From Acidobacteriaceae bacterium (GTDB lineage Bacteria > Acidobacteriota > Terriglobia > Terriglobales > Acidobacteriaceae): a stretch of DNA of 64,000 nt. The notes under the pieces were generated by a model. The model was not told where the DNA came from. It did not search any database and was given only the letters and a program-made list of their open reading frames with translations. Every line of letters starts with the position of its first letter. Positions within the stretch are counted from its first letter, which is position 1. This document shows positions 37,546 through 46,405 of the stretch, piece by piece. The stretch covers positions 116,756 through 180,755 of the forward strand of contig DATDHZ010000080.1 of assembly GCA_036521315.1 (NCBI GenBank), read 5' to 3'. Made by a program: the position numbers and the translations under genes.

Positions 37546-40500
37546 ATGTCTGGATTTTGGGGGAAGATCGATCGGATTATTAGAGATGGATGGATGGGTT
37601 CCCGGTCCGTAACAGGGCGCATTGTGGCTGTGGCTCTTGCGTTGGGACTGATGACAGCCTGCACTGCCGCGGCGCAAACGGCGAGCACCTTCGACACCGG
37701 CACCATCACCGGCACCGTCACGGATCAGTCCGGCGCAGTCATTCCGCATGCATCGGTGACGATCTCCAACACCGGAACCGGCAACACGATCAAGGCTCAG
37801 TCGAACGATGAAGGGATCTTTTCTGCGCCGGGGCTGCCCTTCGGCAATTATGTCGTGACTGCTTCAGCCAGCCAGTTTGCACAGACCACGACGAAGCCTT
37901 TTGCGCTGAACGTGGGCGCCACGGTGCGCGTCGACCTGAAGTTATCCGTCGCCGCGGCAACCGAAAATGTCACGGTCACAGGAACTTCGGTTACGGTCGA
38001 TACGAACAGCGCAACCGCTGGCACGACCATGAATGAGGATCAGATTCGCAACCTGCCCACGAACGGCCGTGACGTGATGGACTTCCTGGAGATTGCTCCT
38101 GGGTCCATCAACTCTACCGGGTATTTCCAGGGCAGCGTAAACGGCCAGGAAAACTTTCTGACCGGACTGAATGTGACGCTCGATGGCCAGAATTCGACGC
38201 GTCCCGATGTCAACGGCTTCGATGAGACGGAGGGAAACGAGGCCAATCGCCTAACGCGGGCGAGCATCGACAGCATTCAGGAAATTGATTTTGCCAACAG
38301 CGGTTACAGCGCCGAGGTGGGCGATTCGCTGGGTCCCCAGATGAACATCGTGACCAAGGGCGGGACGAACGAATACCACGGTGAGTTATTCGATTTCTTC
38401 CGCAACGACGCCCTCGACGCGAACGATTATTTTGCCAACACGCTGACGAATCCGAAAGTGCCGCTGCGGATGAACCAGTTCGGGGCCAATCTGGGCGGGC
38501 CTTTCGTGAGAAACAAGGTTTTCTTCTTCGCCAGCTACGAAGGCATTCGCCAGCGGACGACGCAGATCAACGCGATTTACGAGGTGCCGAGCGCTTACGT
38601 ACGTTCGCAGTTCGTGGCGGCCATGCAGCCGGTGCTTGCGCAGATGGCGCCTCTGCCCGCCGGGTGCACCGCGATCCCCGCGCCGGCTTCCTGCGCCGAC
38701 CCGTCCACCGTGGACGAGACAAATGCCACAACGAAGGCCCACGGAGCCCAGTTGGTCTTTGATCCCGCTGCTTTTTCCACCAGTTTGCGGGAAGACAGCG
38801 GCGCAATCCGCGTGGACTACAACGTGGGTGATAAGGATCGAATGTTTGTCCGTTTCAACATCGATAATGGGCTGACCAACCAGCAAGTGGGGCTCAATCA
38901 GGGCCAGACCACGCCGCTCGCCGAGGTCAATAAGTCGACGATGATTGACGAAACGCACACGTTCACCCCGAACCTGGTGAACGAGCTGAGCATAGCGTTC
39001 CACAGCTTCTACTCGAACACGAATTCCGAAACCCCGCAGCCCTTAACGCAGTTTAGCGGCTTCTTCGTGAATCTCGGTGCGCTTCCCGGCGCCCCGATCA
39101 GTTTCAATCAGATCAACCCACAGTCGAAATTCGAGATCTTCGATAACGCGACGAAAACCGCCCGTAGCCATACGATTCGCTTCGGAACGCATATCCAGTT
39201 CAACCGCATCAATGAGTGGCTTCGCCCCCTGCAGAACTTTGCTTTCGGCGATTTTTCCGACCTCGAGAACGACCGGCCCTTCGTGCTGCAGAAGATCGGA
39301 TTCAACAACTTTGTCGGCGTGCGCAACTCCAACTGGGATCTGTACGCCGAGGATGACTGGCGCGTGAGCCCAAAGCTCACGCTGAACGCCGGGCTGCGCG
39401 TCGGCATCAACACGGCCTGGAGTTTCAGGGACAACGTGGCACCCAACTTTGATTTTGCCACGCAGTCGTTTCTGCCGGCCAATCAAACGGCCTACAAGGG
39501 TCCGACTTACGATGTGGCGCCGCGCCTTGGGCTCAACTTCGATCCTTTCGGCCACGGCAAGACGGTGATTCATGCTTACTACGGGCTGTTCTTCAATCCG
39601 ATGCACTTTGGAACCAACCTGGTGAGCAACAATCCAGCCTATGAGAGCTACTCACTGAATGCCTTCGAGGTGGCACTGGTCTATCCGATGGCGAATCCCC
39701 CGCTGCCTGCAGGCACACAGAACGTCTATATCGTTCCGCGGAGCATGCATGACCCTTACTCGCCGAACTGGCTAGTGGGCATTCAGCAGGAAATCCTGCA
39801 CAACACAGTTCTCACCGTGAACTACACGGGGAATGAAGACCATCGACAGGATTCGGGCATCGATTTCGCGGCGGAAAACCTGAACCCGCCGAACTACTTC
39901 AGCCAGGCGTATCCGTTGCCGGGTTTCGCCAACGAGTATTACGAGCCGGACGTGCTGCAATCCAGCTATAACGCCCTCCAGGTGCAGCTCCGTCACAACA
40001 TCGGCAAACTCAATGTGGAAGGCAACTACACCTGGTCGCACGAGATCGACGACATGGTGAATGTCTTCAACAGCTTTTCCGATCCTTACAATCCGCGCGA
40101 TGACTTTGGCAATGGCGACTGGGACGTCCGCCATAACCTGACCGGCAGCGTCGTCTACAACTTCACCGATCTGAACGGGCACGGCGCGCTGATGCGCACC
40201 CTTCTCGGCGGATGGCAGACGTCCACCATCGTCCAAACGCGCTCCGGCGATGCGATCAACGTGACAGATTCCGGTGGCGGCATTTTCGGCCTGTCCACCC
40301 GGCCCAACTCCACCGGGCAGCCGGTGAAGTTGTCGAACTTCTCCTGGCCGTATCACACATACAACATCCACGCGTTCATAGTCCCCCCGACGTTCAATGG
40401 CACGCCTGGCGATCCTTCGACGCTCGGCAATGTCGGGCGGAACAGCCTGCGAGGACCCGGGTTCTTCCAGTGGGACTTCTCGGGGATGAAAAACTTCCCG

Positions 40501-40731
40501 CTGACGGAGAAAGCGAAGCTGCAGTTCCGCGGCGACCTGTTCAACATCCTCAATCACCCGAACTTCGGCAACCCCGGTGTGGGAGTTTGCACCTCGTTTT
40601 CGGTCTTTGGCTGCGCTCCCAACACAACCAACTTCGGTCATGTTGGCTCGACCATCGCAGATCAGGACGCGAGCCTGGTCGGCACAGGAACGGCACGGCA
40701 AATTCAGCTCGCTCTGAAGGTCATCTTCTAG
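37546..40731 (+). CDS. TonB-dependent outer-membrane receptor with a CarboxypepD_reg-like N-terminal domain.
   Basis: GGAGGCGAGG lies upstream of ATG 37546. Signal peptide ...AVALALGLMTACTAAAQT. TGTITGTVTDQSGAVIPHASVTISNTGTGNTIKAQSNDEGIF. Plug region (NLPTNGRDVMDFLEIAPG). Barrel ending ...LALKVIF. Confidence 0.85.
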   Translation: MSGFWGKIDRIIRDGWMGSRSVTGRIVAVALALGLMTACTAAAQTASTFDTGTITGTVTDQSGAVIPHASVTISNTGTGNTIKAQSNDEGIFSAPGLPFGNYVVTASASQFAQTTTKPFALNVGATVRVDLKLSVAAATENVTVTGTSVTVDTNSATAGTTMNEDQIRNLPTNGRDVMDFLEIAPGSINSTGYFQGSVNGQENFLTGLNVTLDGQNSTRPDVNGFDETEGNEANRLTRASIDSIQEIDFANSGYSAEVGDSLGPQMNIVTKGGTNEYHGELFDFFRNDALDANDYFANTLTNPKVPLRMNQFGANLGGPFVRNKVFFFASYEGIRQRTTQINAIYEVPSAYVRSQFVAAMQPVLAQMAPLPAGCTAIPAPASCADPSTVDETNATTKAHGAQLVFDPAAFSTSLREDSGAIRVDYNVGDKDRMFVRFNIDNGLTNQQVGLNQGQTTPLAEVNKSTMIDETHTFTPNLVNELSIAFHSFYSNTNSETPQPLTQFSGFFVNLGALPGAPISFNQINPQSKFEIFDNATKTARSHTIRFGTHIQFNRINEWLRPLQNFAFGDFSDLENDRPFVLQKIGFNNFVGVRNSNWDLYAEDDWRVSPKLTLNAGLRVGINTAWSFRDNVAPNFDFATQSFLPANQTAYKGPTYDVAPRLGLNFDPFGHGKTVIHAYYGLFFNPMHFGTNLVSNNPAYESYSLNAFEVALVYPMANPPLPAGTQNVYIVPRSMHDPYSPNWLVGIQQEILHNTVLTVNYTGNEDHRQDSGIDFAAENLNPPNYFSQAYPLPGFANEYYEPDVLQSSYNALQVQLRHNIGKLNVEGNYTWSHEIDDMVNVFNSFSDPYNPRDDFGNGDWDVRHNLTGSVVYNFTDLNGHGALMRTLLGGWQTSTIVQTRSGDAINVTDSGGGIFGLSTRPNSTGQPVKLSNFSWPYHTYNIHAFIVPPTFNGTPGDPSTLGNVGRNSLRGPGFFQWDFSGMKNFPLTEKAKLQFRGDLFNILNHPNFGNPGVGVCTSFSVFGCAPNTTNFGHVGSTIADQDASLVGTGTARQIQLALKVIF

Positions 40732-40849
40732 GCGCGGCGCAACTGGAGATCGACGGCAATCGCGAGCGGATCGCTCATCCGCTCGCCGACTCCCAGTCAC
40801 TCCTGGTCTCGCGTTCCGCGCGGCGGCACACGCACCTGCAGGAGGGTCT

Positions 40850-42031
40850 ATGCACACGGGTGGATCCCTCGCACTGCTTGCTTCGCTCGTCGCCGTTCTT
40901 TTCCCGGCCGCGTGCGGCGGAGCGGGATCGGGCTCGCAGCCGGTGCCCCCGCACACCCCGCAATCGTCCGGTTACTTTCCCTACCAGCAGGGTTGGCTCG
41001 GCGCGGACGGCGCCTATTCGATCCCGATTGCCACGAACCAGAGCCTTTGGATCTTTGCCGACACCTTCATCGGCCCCTCGACTGCAACCAGCCGCACGCA
41101 AGCCAACGGATTCATCCACAACTCCATCGCCATCTCCACCTGCTCGAGCGGCAGCTGCAGCTTTCAGTACTACTGGCCGGGAATGGGCACATCGAATCAG
41201 AGCGCAGTCTTTGCCGCTCCAGAGACGGACTGGTTCTGGCCGATGGATGGCTTCACCTATAACGGCACGCTCTATCTGGCGCTGATGCAGATGCACGCTC
41301 AGGGCAGCGGCGCGTTTGGCTTTGCCTACAGCGGCTCGCAACTAGCCAGCATCAGCAATTACAAGGCCCCACCCTCGCAGTGGAAGATCACCTACCAGCA
41401 GCTCAATAGCGGCGGCAGCGCGGTCCCTGGCATCTCCATCGTCGTCAATCAGGGACCGAGCGGCAATCCCGACCCCTCGAATCCGCAGGGCGCGAACTAC
41501 GCCTACTTCTTTACCGGTGCAGGCGCCAGGCCGTATCTTGCTCTGCTGCGCCTGCCGCTCGCCGATCTCGACAACCTCGCGCGACCAGGCAACACCGACT
41601 GGCAATATCTGAATACCAGCGGGACCTGGGAGTCCTGGCCGGACGCGGCCACTACGCTGCCCGCCGACAATGCGCCCCTCATCAATCCAGGAGCGACGGA
41701 GATGACCGTTCGCTGGCACAGCTCAACAAACCAGTGGATTGCCGTCTACCCGTCGGGTCTCAAGAACTATGCCTACTACAGCCTTTCCTCTTCCCTGACC
41801 AGCGGCTGGGGCTCGCAGGAGACGGTCTATACCTATCCGGAGATGCAGCCCGGTAATCCCAATTACACGCCCAATGTCTTTTGTTATGCGGCGAAGGAGC
41901 ACGTCGAGTTCGAAACGGCCGGACAGCTCTTTTTCACTTACGCCTGCAATTCCACCGTCGAGAGCGATGTAACGAATAACATGAACCTTTATCACCCGGT
42001 GGTCGTCACGCAGGCGCTGCCGAGCCAGTAG
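40850..42031 (+). CDS. DUF4185-like beta-propeller protein, predicted lipoprotein (putative glycoside hydrolase, GH183-like).
   Basis: Lipobox-like LVAVLFPAACGG. QQGWLGADGAYSIPIATNQSLWIFADTFIG resembles the N-terminal G-x-D-x-x-x-S...W-x-F-x-DT pattern I associate with DUF4185. The size (about 370 aa mature) fits. Family assignment is from memory only. Confidence 0.5.
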   Translation: MHTGGSLALLASLVAVLFPAACGGAGSGSQPVPPHTPQSSGYFPYQQGWLGADGAYSIPIATNQSLWIFADTFIGPSTATSRTQANGFIHNSIAISTCSSGSCSFQYYWPGMGTSNQSAVFAAPETDWFWPMDGFTYNGTLYLALMQMHAQGSGAFGFAYSGSQLASISNYKAPPSQWKITYQQLNSGGSAVPGISIVVNQGPSGNPDPSNPQGANYAYFFTGAGARPYLALLRLPLADLDNLARPGNTDWQYLNTSGTWESWPDAATTLPADNAPLINPGATEMTVRWHSSTNQWIAVYPSGLKNYAYYSLSSSLTSGWGSQETVYTYPEMQPGNPNYTPNVFCYAAKEHVEFETAGQLFFTYACNSTVESDVTNNMNLYHPVVVTQALPSQ

Positions 42032-42098
42032 GAGTTGACGGGTGATCGGGCCTACCGCGACGCGCAATTCGGAACCGAGGACGACGAATGGAACAACC

Positions 42099-43217
42099 AT
42101 GAAGATTTGCCTTCGCGCATTCGCATGGGCCGCCCCTTGCCTGCTGCTCTTTTCGGGGCACCGCGCGTTTGCGGCAGCGCCCGGCTCCACATGTACGCCG
42201 GAGTTCCCGCTCGAACACGCACAGGCTAACGGATGGCTGGGTGCGGATGCCGCCTACTCCATTCCGCTGCCCGACGGCCGCGATGTGTGGATCTTCGGCG
42301 ACACGCTCTACGGTGAGCAGCGGGTGGTCAACGGGTCGACTCCGCAGATGGTGCGCAACAGCATCGGCATCTCCACGTGCCGGCATGGCCGATGGCACGT
42401 GCAGTACGTGATCCGCAAAGATGCACAGGGGCGGCCGGACTCTTACTTCACCCCCGAGCACCCGAACACGTGGTACTGGGCGCTCGACGGATTCGTCGCC
42501 GGACGCGATTTGTGGGTGACGCTGCTCTGCGTGCGCAGTGCGCCGGCGAAAACGGCAGCCATGGGGTTCGAGACATGCGGCACGGATCTCGCCCACATTC
42601 CTTCGCCCGGCCCCGATCCGCAGAGCTGGAAGATCGACTACTTCCCACTGGTGCCCGACGGCGCGCATGCCTATCCTTCAGCAACCGCGGTGGTCGATGG
42701 TCCGGATGCGTACGTCTTCGCTCTGAACGAGAAGGGCAACCGGCCCCTCGAGGCCACGCGCATCCCGCTGTCCGGCCTCGCCGATCCGCAGAAGAATCTT
42801 GAATACCTGGCGAGCGATGGTCAGTGGAAGCCAGGATTCGATCCAGCCGCCGCCCAGGAAGTGATGCATAGGGGATCGCCTGAGCTTTCCATCCGCTACC
42901 ATCCCGAGCTCAAGCAGTGGATTGCGGTCATGTTTGACCCTGAGGCGTTCTCGTCGAGGATCCTGCTGCGCACCGCGCCCTCGATCACAGGGCCGTGGGG
43001 CGACGGTCAGGTCATCTATACCGTCCCGGAGATGCAGCCCACCACGCCGGGTTACGACAAAAACACATTTTGCTACGCTGCCAAGGAGCATCCCGAATTC
43101 GAGCGCGGCGATCTGGTCTTTACCTATGTGTGCAACACGTTCGATGTTCCAAAACTGGCTGCGAACCTAAGCATCTACTTTCCGCGCGTCGTGCGCCGGT
43201 CGATGCCGCCGCTTTAA
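42099..43217 (+). CDS. Second DUF4185-like beta-propeller protein, with a cleavable signal peptide (paralogue of the preceding gene).
   Basis: MKICLRAFAWAAPCLLLFSGHRAFAAAPG. ANGWLGADAAYSIPLPDGRDVWIFGDTLYG. The C-terminal NTFCYAAKEHPEFERGDLVFTYVCNT parallels NVFCYAAKEHVEFETAGQLFFTYACNS in the neighbour. Confidence 0.5.
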   Translation: MKICLRAFAWAAPCLLLFSGHRAFAAAPGSTCTPEFPLEHAQANGWLGADAAYSIPLPDGRDVWIFGDTLYGEQRVVNGSTPQMVRNSIGISTCRHGRWHVQYVIRKDAQGRPDSYFTPEHPNTWYWALDGFVAGRDLWVTLLCVRSAPAKTAAMGFETCGTDLAHIPSPGPDPQSWKIDYFPLVPDGAHAYPSATAVVDGPDAYVFALNEKGNRPLEATRIPLSGLADPQKNLEYLASDGQWKPGFDPAAAQEVMHRGSPELSIRYHPELKQWIAVMFDPEAFSSRILLRTAPSITGPWGDGQVIYTVPEMQPTTPGYDKNTFCYAAKEHPEFERGDLVFTYVCNTFDVPKLAANLSIYFPRVVRRSMPPL

Positions 43218-43250
43218 AAACCCGAAGCCGCGCGGGCGGAGCGAGGACGG

Positions 43251-44072
43251 TTGATGGCCGACGGTATTCGCAACCCGGTTTTATCGGAAGAACTATCAGG
43301 CCATCCCGGCGTGCGGCTGCTCACGCTGTATTCGCCCGGGCTGCGGCATCGCGCCGACGTGACGCTGTATTTGCCGCCTGCGCCCGCGGGTCGTCCCCTG
43401 CCGCTGCTCATCCTCATGCATGGCGTTTATGGCAGCCACTGGAATTGGTGTGCGATGGGAAATCTGCCGTCCATCGCAGGCGAGATGCTCACCGCGGGCG
43501 AGATCACCCCTATAGCTGTCGCGATGCCCTCCGATGGGCTTTGGAGCGACGGCAGCGGTTACGTCGCGCACAAGCGCTTCGACGCCGAGGCTTGGATCAT
43601 CGACGATGTTCCCACGTGCGTGCGGGGTTTCTTTCCGCAGATTCAAACCAGTAGGGTCTTTCTCGCTGGACTTTCCATGGGCGGATTCGGGGCTCTGCGC
43701 ATTGGCGCGAAGCATGCGTCACGAGTAGCCGGCATCTCAGCGCATTCTGCGGTCACCAGCCTCGCCGATCTGAGGCAATTCATCCAGGACCCGATTGAAG
43801 ACGACCTGACCGCCGGCAAACGCGACGCGGACCTTCTTTACTGGATGCGCCGCAATCGGTCCCGCCTTCCTCCGATCCGCTTCGACTGCGGGACAGGAGA
43901 TTCGCTGCTGGCCGGCAATCGGGCGCTTCACGCGGCACTACAGCGGGCGCGCATCCCGCATGCATACGAAGAGCACCCCGGCGGACACGACTGGGCGTAC
44001 TGGCAGCGGCACGTGCGCACCACACTGCGCTTCGCCTCGCAACTCGCCTGCGAATCCGCTCAATTTAGCTGA
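43251..44072 (+). CDS. Esterase D / 'putative esterase' (PF00756-like) alpha/beta hydrolase.
   Basis: PLPLLILMHGVYGSHWNW, nucleophile elbow GLSMGGFGAL, and C-terminal HPGGHDWAYW. Confidence 0.72.
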   Translation: MMADGIRNPVLSEELSGHPGVRLLTLYSPGLRHRADVTLYLPPAPAGRPLPLLILMHGVYGSHWNWCAMGNLPSIAGEMLTAGEITPIAVAMPSDGLWSDGSGYVAHKRFDAEAWIIDDVPTCVRGFFPQIQTSRVFLAGLSMGGFGALRIGAKHASRVAGISAHSAVTSLADLRQFIQDPIEDDLTAGKRDADLLYWMRRNRSRLPPIRFDCGTGDSLLAGNRALHAALQRARIPHAYEEHPGGHDWAYWQRHVRTTLRFASQLACESAQFS

Positions 44073-46263
44073 TCCGTCTCACGCCGCTGCTGCTCGCTGC
44101 GTATTCCGCTCCCTGGTAGGGGAGATTCTCGAGCTGCGCCGCTGCATCAAAGTCGGCGAGCTTTGGAGCGGCGCGCAGCCCGCCGTACAAAGTTGGATCC
44201 ACACCGAAGATCGACTCGATCACAAGGTCGGCGAACGCGCCAGCGGAGATGCAGCACCAGTCCTCGATGTACGGCGCATCCTCCGATGCTTTATGCGCGC
44301 CACCATAGAGAGGCGGGACCACGTCTTCGGTGAAGTGGCCCTGGCCGATCGGTCCTTGCCGGCCTGCCTTTGCTACTTCCGTCAGCCAGGGGGCAATCTG
44401 CTCGCGCCCTTCGCACTTGTATAGGCCTTTGGCGCACATGGGAGGCCACGCAGCGTACGCGCCCAGGCAACTGTGATCCGGGCGGATGTTCCACGTCGCG
44501 TCGGGATCGCCGGCCGACAGCGCGCGCATCCACTTCTTCGACGCGAGCTCTTCGTGGAAGAAGTGCGCCATCTCCGATTTTTGCCGCGCCGTCAGGTCTT
44601 CGCTCATGTTGTCGAGTACGGCAAGGAAGTCGTAGCAGTGCCGCACTTCATTGAAGCTTGCGTCCGGCTGGCCGCAGCGCCACCATCCCTTGCCGTCGAC
44701 GTAGAGCAATCGATTGATGCGGGCGGCGAGATCCTGCGCATCCACCCGCAATGCCTTCGCCTGCTGGCTTTGGCCGCGCCGCTCCAGCAGCTCGCCGACA
44801 AATCGCATGCTGGATACGTTGCCTGCGTTCATCCCCGCCACTTCATGCAGATAAGTGCTCACCACTTCGAGGAGATTCGAAATCTCTCCGTAATCCGCCA
44901 GCCCCGTGTTCGTCTTCACCAGCTTCTTCCAATACGTGGCGTGATCGTGCAGATGGTCGATCACCTTGCGTTCGCCGACCGTCTTGTCGAGCCATGCGAA
45001 ATCCCCGGTCACCCGCAGATAATTCTGCGCGCAGCGCACGATGGCCATGTCGTTGACGCCGTACCAGGGTCCGATCGCATCGCCTGTGATGTAGTCCGTC
45101 GCCAGGTGCTGATGCATATCGCGCTGGAACCAAACCTCCACCAGCCCACGCAGCGGCTGCGGATCGAGCAGGGCGAGGCTCAGGCTGGTCAGCGCTGTGT
45201 CCCAGGGAAAGCTCAGAGTCGGCAGCACGTGGCCGCTGAGCGTCAGGAGGGTTGGGCCATAAGCGGAATCCGGCGATCGTCGCCGCGCCGTCAGCAGCCC
45301 CTTGAACCCGTTGTGGTACAAGTTCCAGAGGGTTTCGTTGTCCGTCTTCAACTGCGGCAGATGACCCGAGAAATCGCTGTTGCCCGGCGTGAACGCGGAC
45401 CGCACCAGGCGGTCGAAGACCGATTCATTGTCGCGGTCGAGCACCGCGAAATTCTCCTGCAGCCGATCATGCAGGCCTTCCGCATCAGACGCGTTCGAGG
45501 CAATCGCCGCTACAAAGTGGAATTCGCGCCGCTCGTCCGGCTGCATGCGCAGCGTGTATCGCAGCATGTTGCCGCCGCGCACTTCCTGTGCCGGAGGATG
45601 AATCCCCTGGGCGCAGGCCGCGGGTGAGTGCTGCGCGGCAAAGGTAATCCGGCCCTGCGCGGCGTTCCAGGTCTGCCGGTTGTCGCCCTCCCCAGGGAGC
45701 TCGTTGAACCAGGTCGTCCCCTTGTGAATGACGCCCGCGCGCATATCGAACCCGAGCGTGACGTCGCGGCTCGTCCCAGCCATGTTGCGCACTACAATGC
45801 TCTGCACCGTGGCGCGCGTATCCGCGGGCAGGAACATCTCGGCGCGAATGAACAGCTCGTCGACGGTCTGTTCCCGCACGACGCGGTGCGGAAACCACTG
45901 GTATGTGACGGCCTGCGCCGGATCATCGGAGATCGAGGCGAGCCTTCCGTTCACAAACAGCTCGCAGGTTGTGAGGTATCCGGGGCTCCATGGAATGCTG
46001 GGAACCCCGCAGCACGCATAGGGCGGAAAGGCGATCGCGCTGATGGCGGAGACGGACTTTACCGTCTGCGCGTAGCCCCAGTCGTTCATCGCGATGGGCA
46101 GGTTGAACAGCTCCATGAATCCGTGCGTCATCCGCACGCTGGCCAGGTCGGCCAGGCCTGGGATCGCAGGACGCGACGTGGGCGAAAACGCGCGCAATGG
46201 TGAAGCGCCCGCAGCGAGCGCCGCCGCGCCCGCCGAGCCTTTGACGAAATCGCGGCGGTTCAT
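44065..46263 (-). CDS. Tat-exported large protein, probably a beta-sandwich + (alpha/alpha)6 glycosidase-like fold; family not recognised.
   Basis: Twin-arginine signal MNRRDFVKGSAGAAALAAGASPLRAF at ATG 46263, preceded by CAGGAGTG. 733 aa. The fold guess rests only on helix-rich C-terminal repeats and sugar-locus context. Confidence 0.45.
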   Translation of the reverse strand: MNRRDFVKGSAGAAALAAGASPLRAFSPTSRPAIPGLADLASVRMTHGFMELFNLPIAMNDWGYAQTVKSVSAISAIAFPPYACCGVPSIPWSPGYLTTCELFVNGRLASISDDPAQAVTYQWFPHRVVREQTVDELFIRAEMFLPADTRATVQSIVVRNMAGTSRDVTLGFDMRAGVIHKGTTWFNELPGEGDNRQTWNAAQGRITFAAQHSPAACAQGIHPPAQEVRGGNMLRYTLRMQPDERREFHFVAAIASNASDAEGLHDRLQENFAVLDRDNESVFDRLVRSAFTPGNSDFSGHLPQLKTDNETLWNLYHNGFKGLLTARRRSPDSAYGPTLLTLSGHVLPTLSFPWDTALTSLSLALLDPQPLRGLVEVWFQRDMHQHLATDYITGDAIGPWYGVNDMAIVRCAQNYLRVTGDFAWLDKTVGERKVIDHLHDHATYWKKLVKTNTGLADYGEISNLLEVVSTYLHEVAGMNAGNVSSMRFVGELLERRGQSQQAKALRVDAQDLAARINRLLYVDGKGWWRCGQPDASFNEVRHCYDFLAVLDNMSEDLTARQKSEMAHFFHEELASKKWMRALSAGDPDATWNIRPDHSCLGAYAAWPPMCAKGLYKCEGREQIAPWLTEVAKAGRQGPIGQGHFTEDVVPPLYGGAHKASEDAPYIEDWCCISAGAFADLVIESIFGVDPTLYGGLRAAPKLADFDAAAQLENLPYQGAEYAASSSGVRRIS

Positions 46264-46288
46264 GGAAATCACTCCTGGAACAGAGAAA

Positions 46289-46313
46289 TGTATGATTCGG
46301 CACAAATCATACA
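46289..46313. promoter_or_regulatory. Perfect 9-bp inverted repeat TGTATGATT-N7-AATCATACA upstream of the Tat-exported protein gene.
   Basis: The arms at 46289-46297 and 46305-46313 are exact reverse complements. Located 26-50 nt upstream of ATG 46263. Confidence 0.4.
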
Positions 46314-46405
46314 GGAATTGGTTCCGCTTTGCGGAGATTCGTTCATACAAGGCGCGAACTCGCCAGCAGCCGATTCGGCGCACTTGCCACACCGCGGCAA
46401 CGCAC

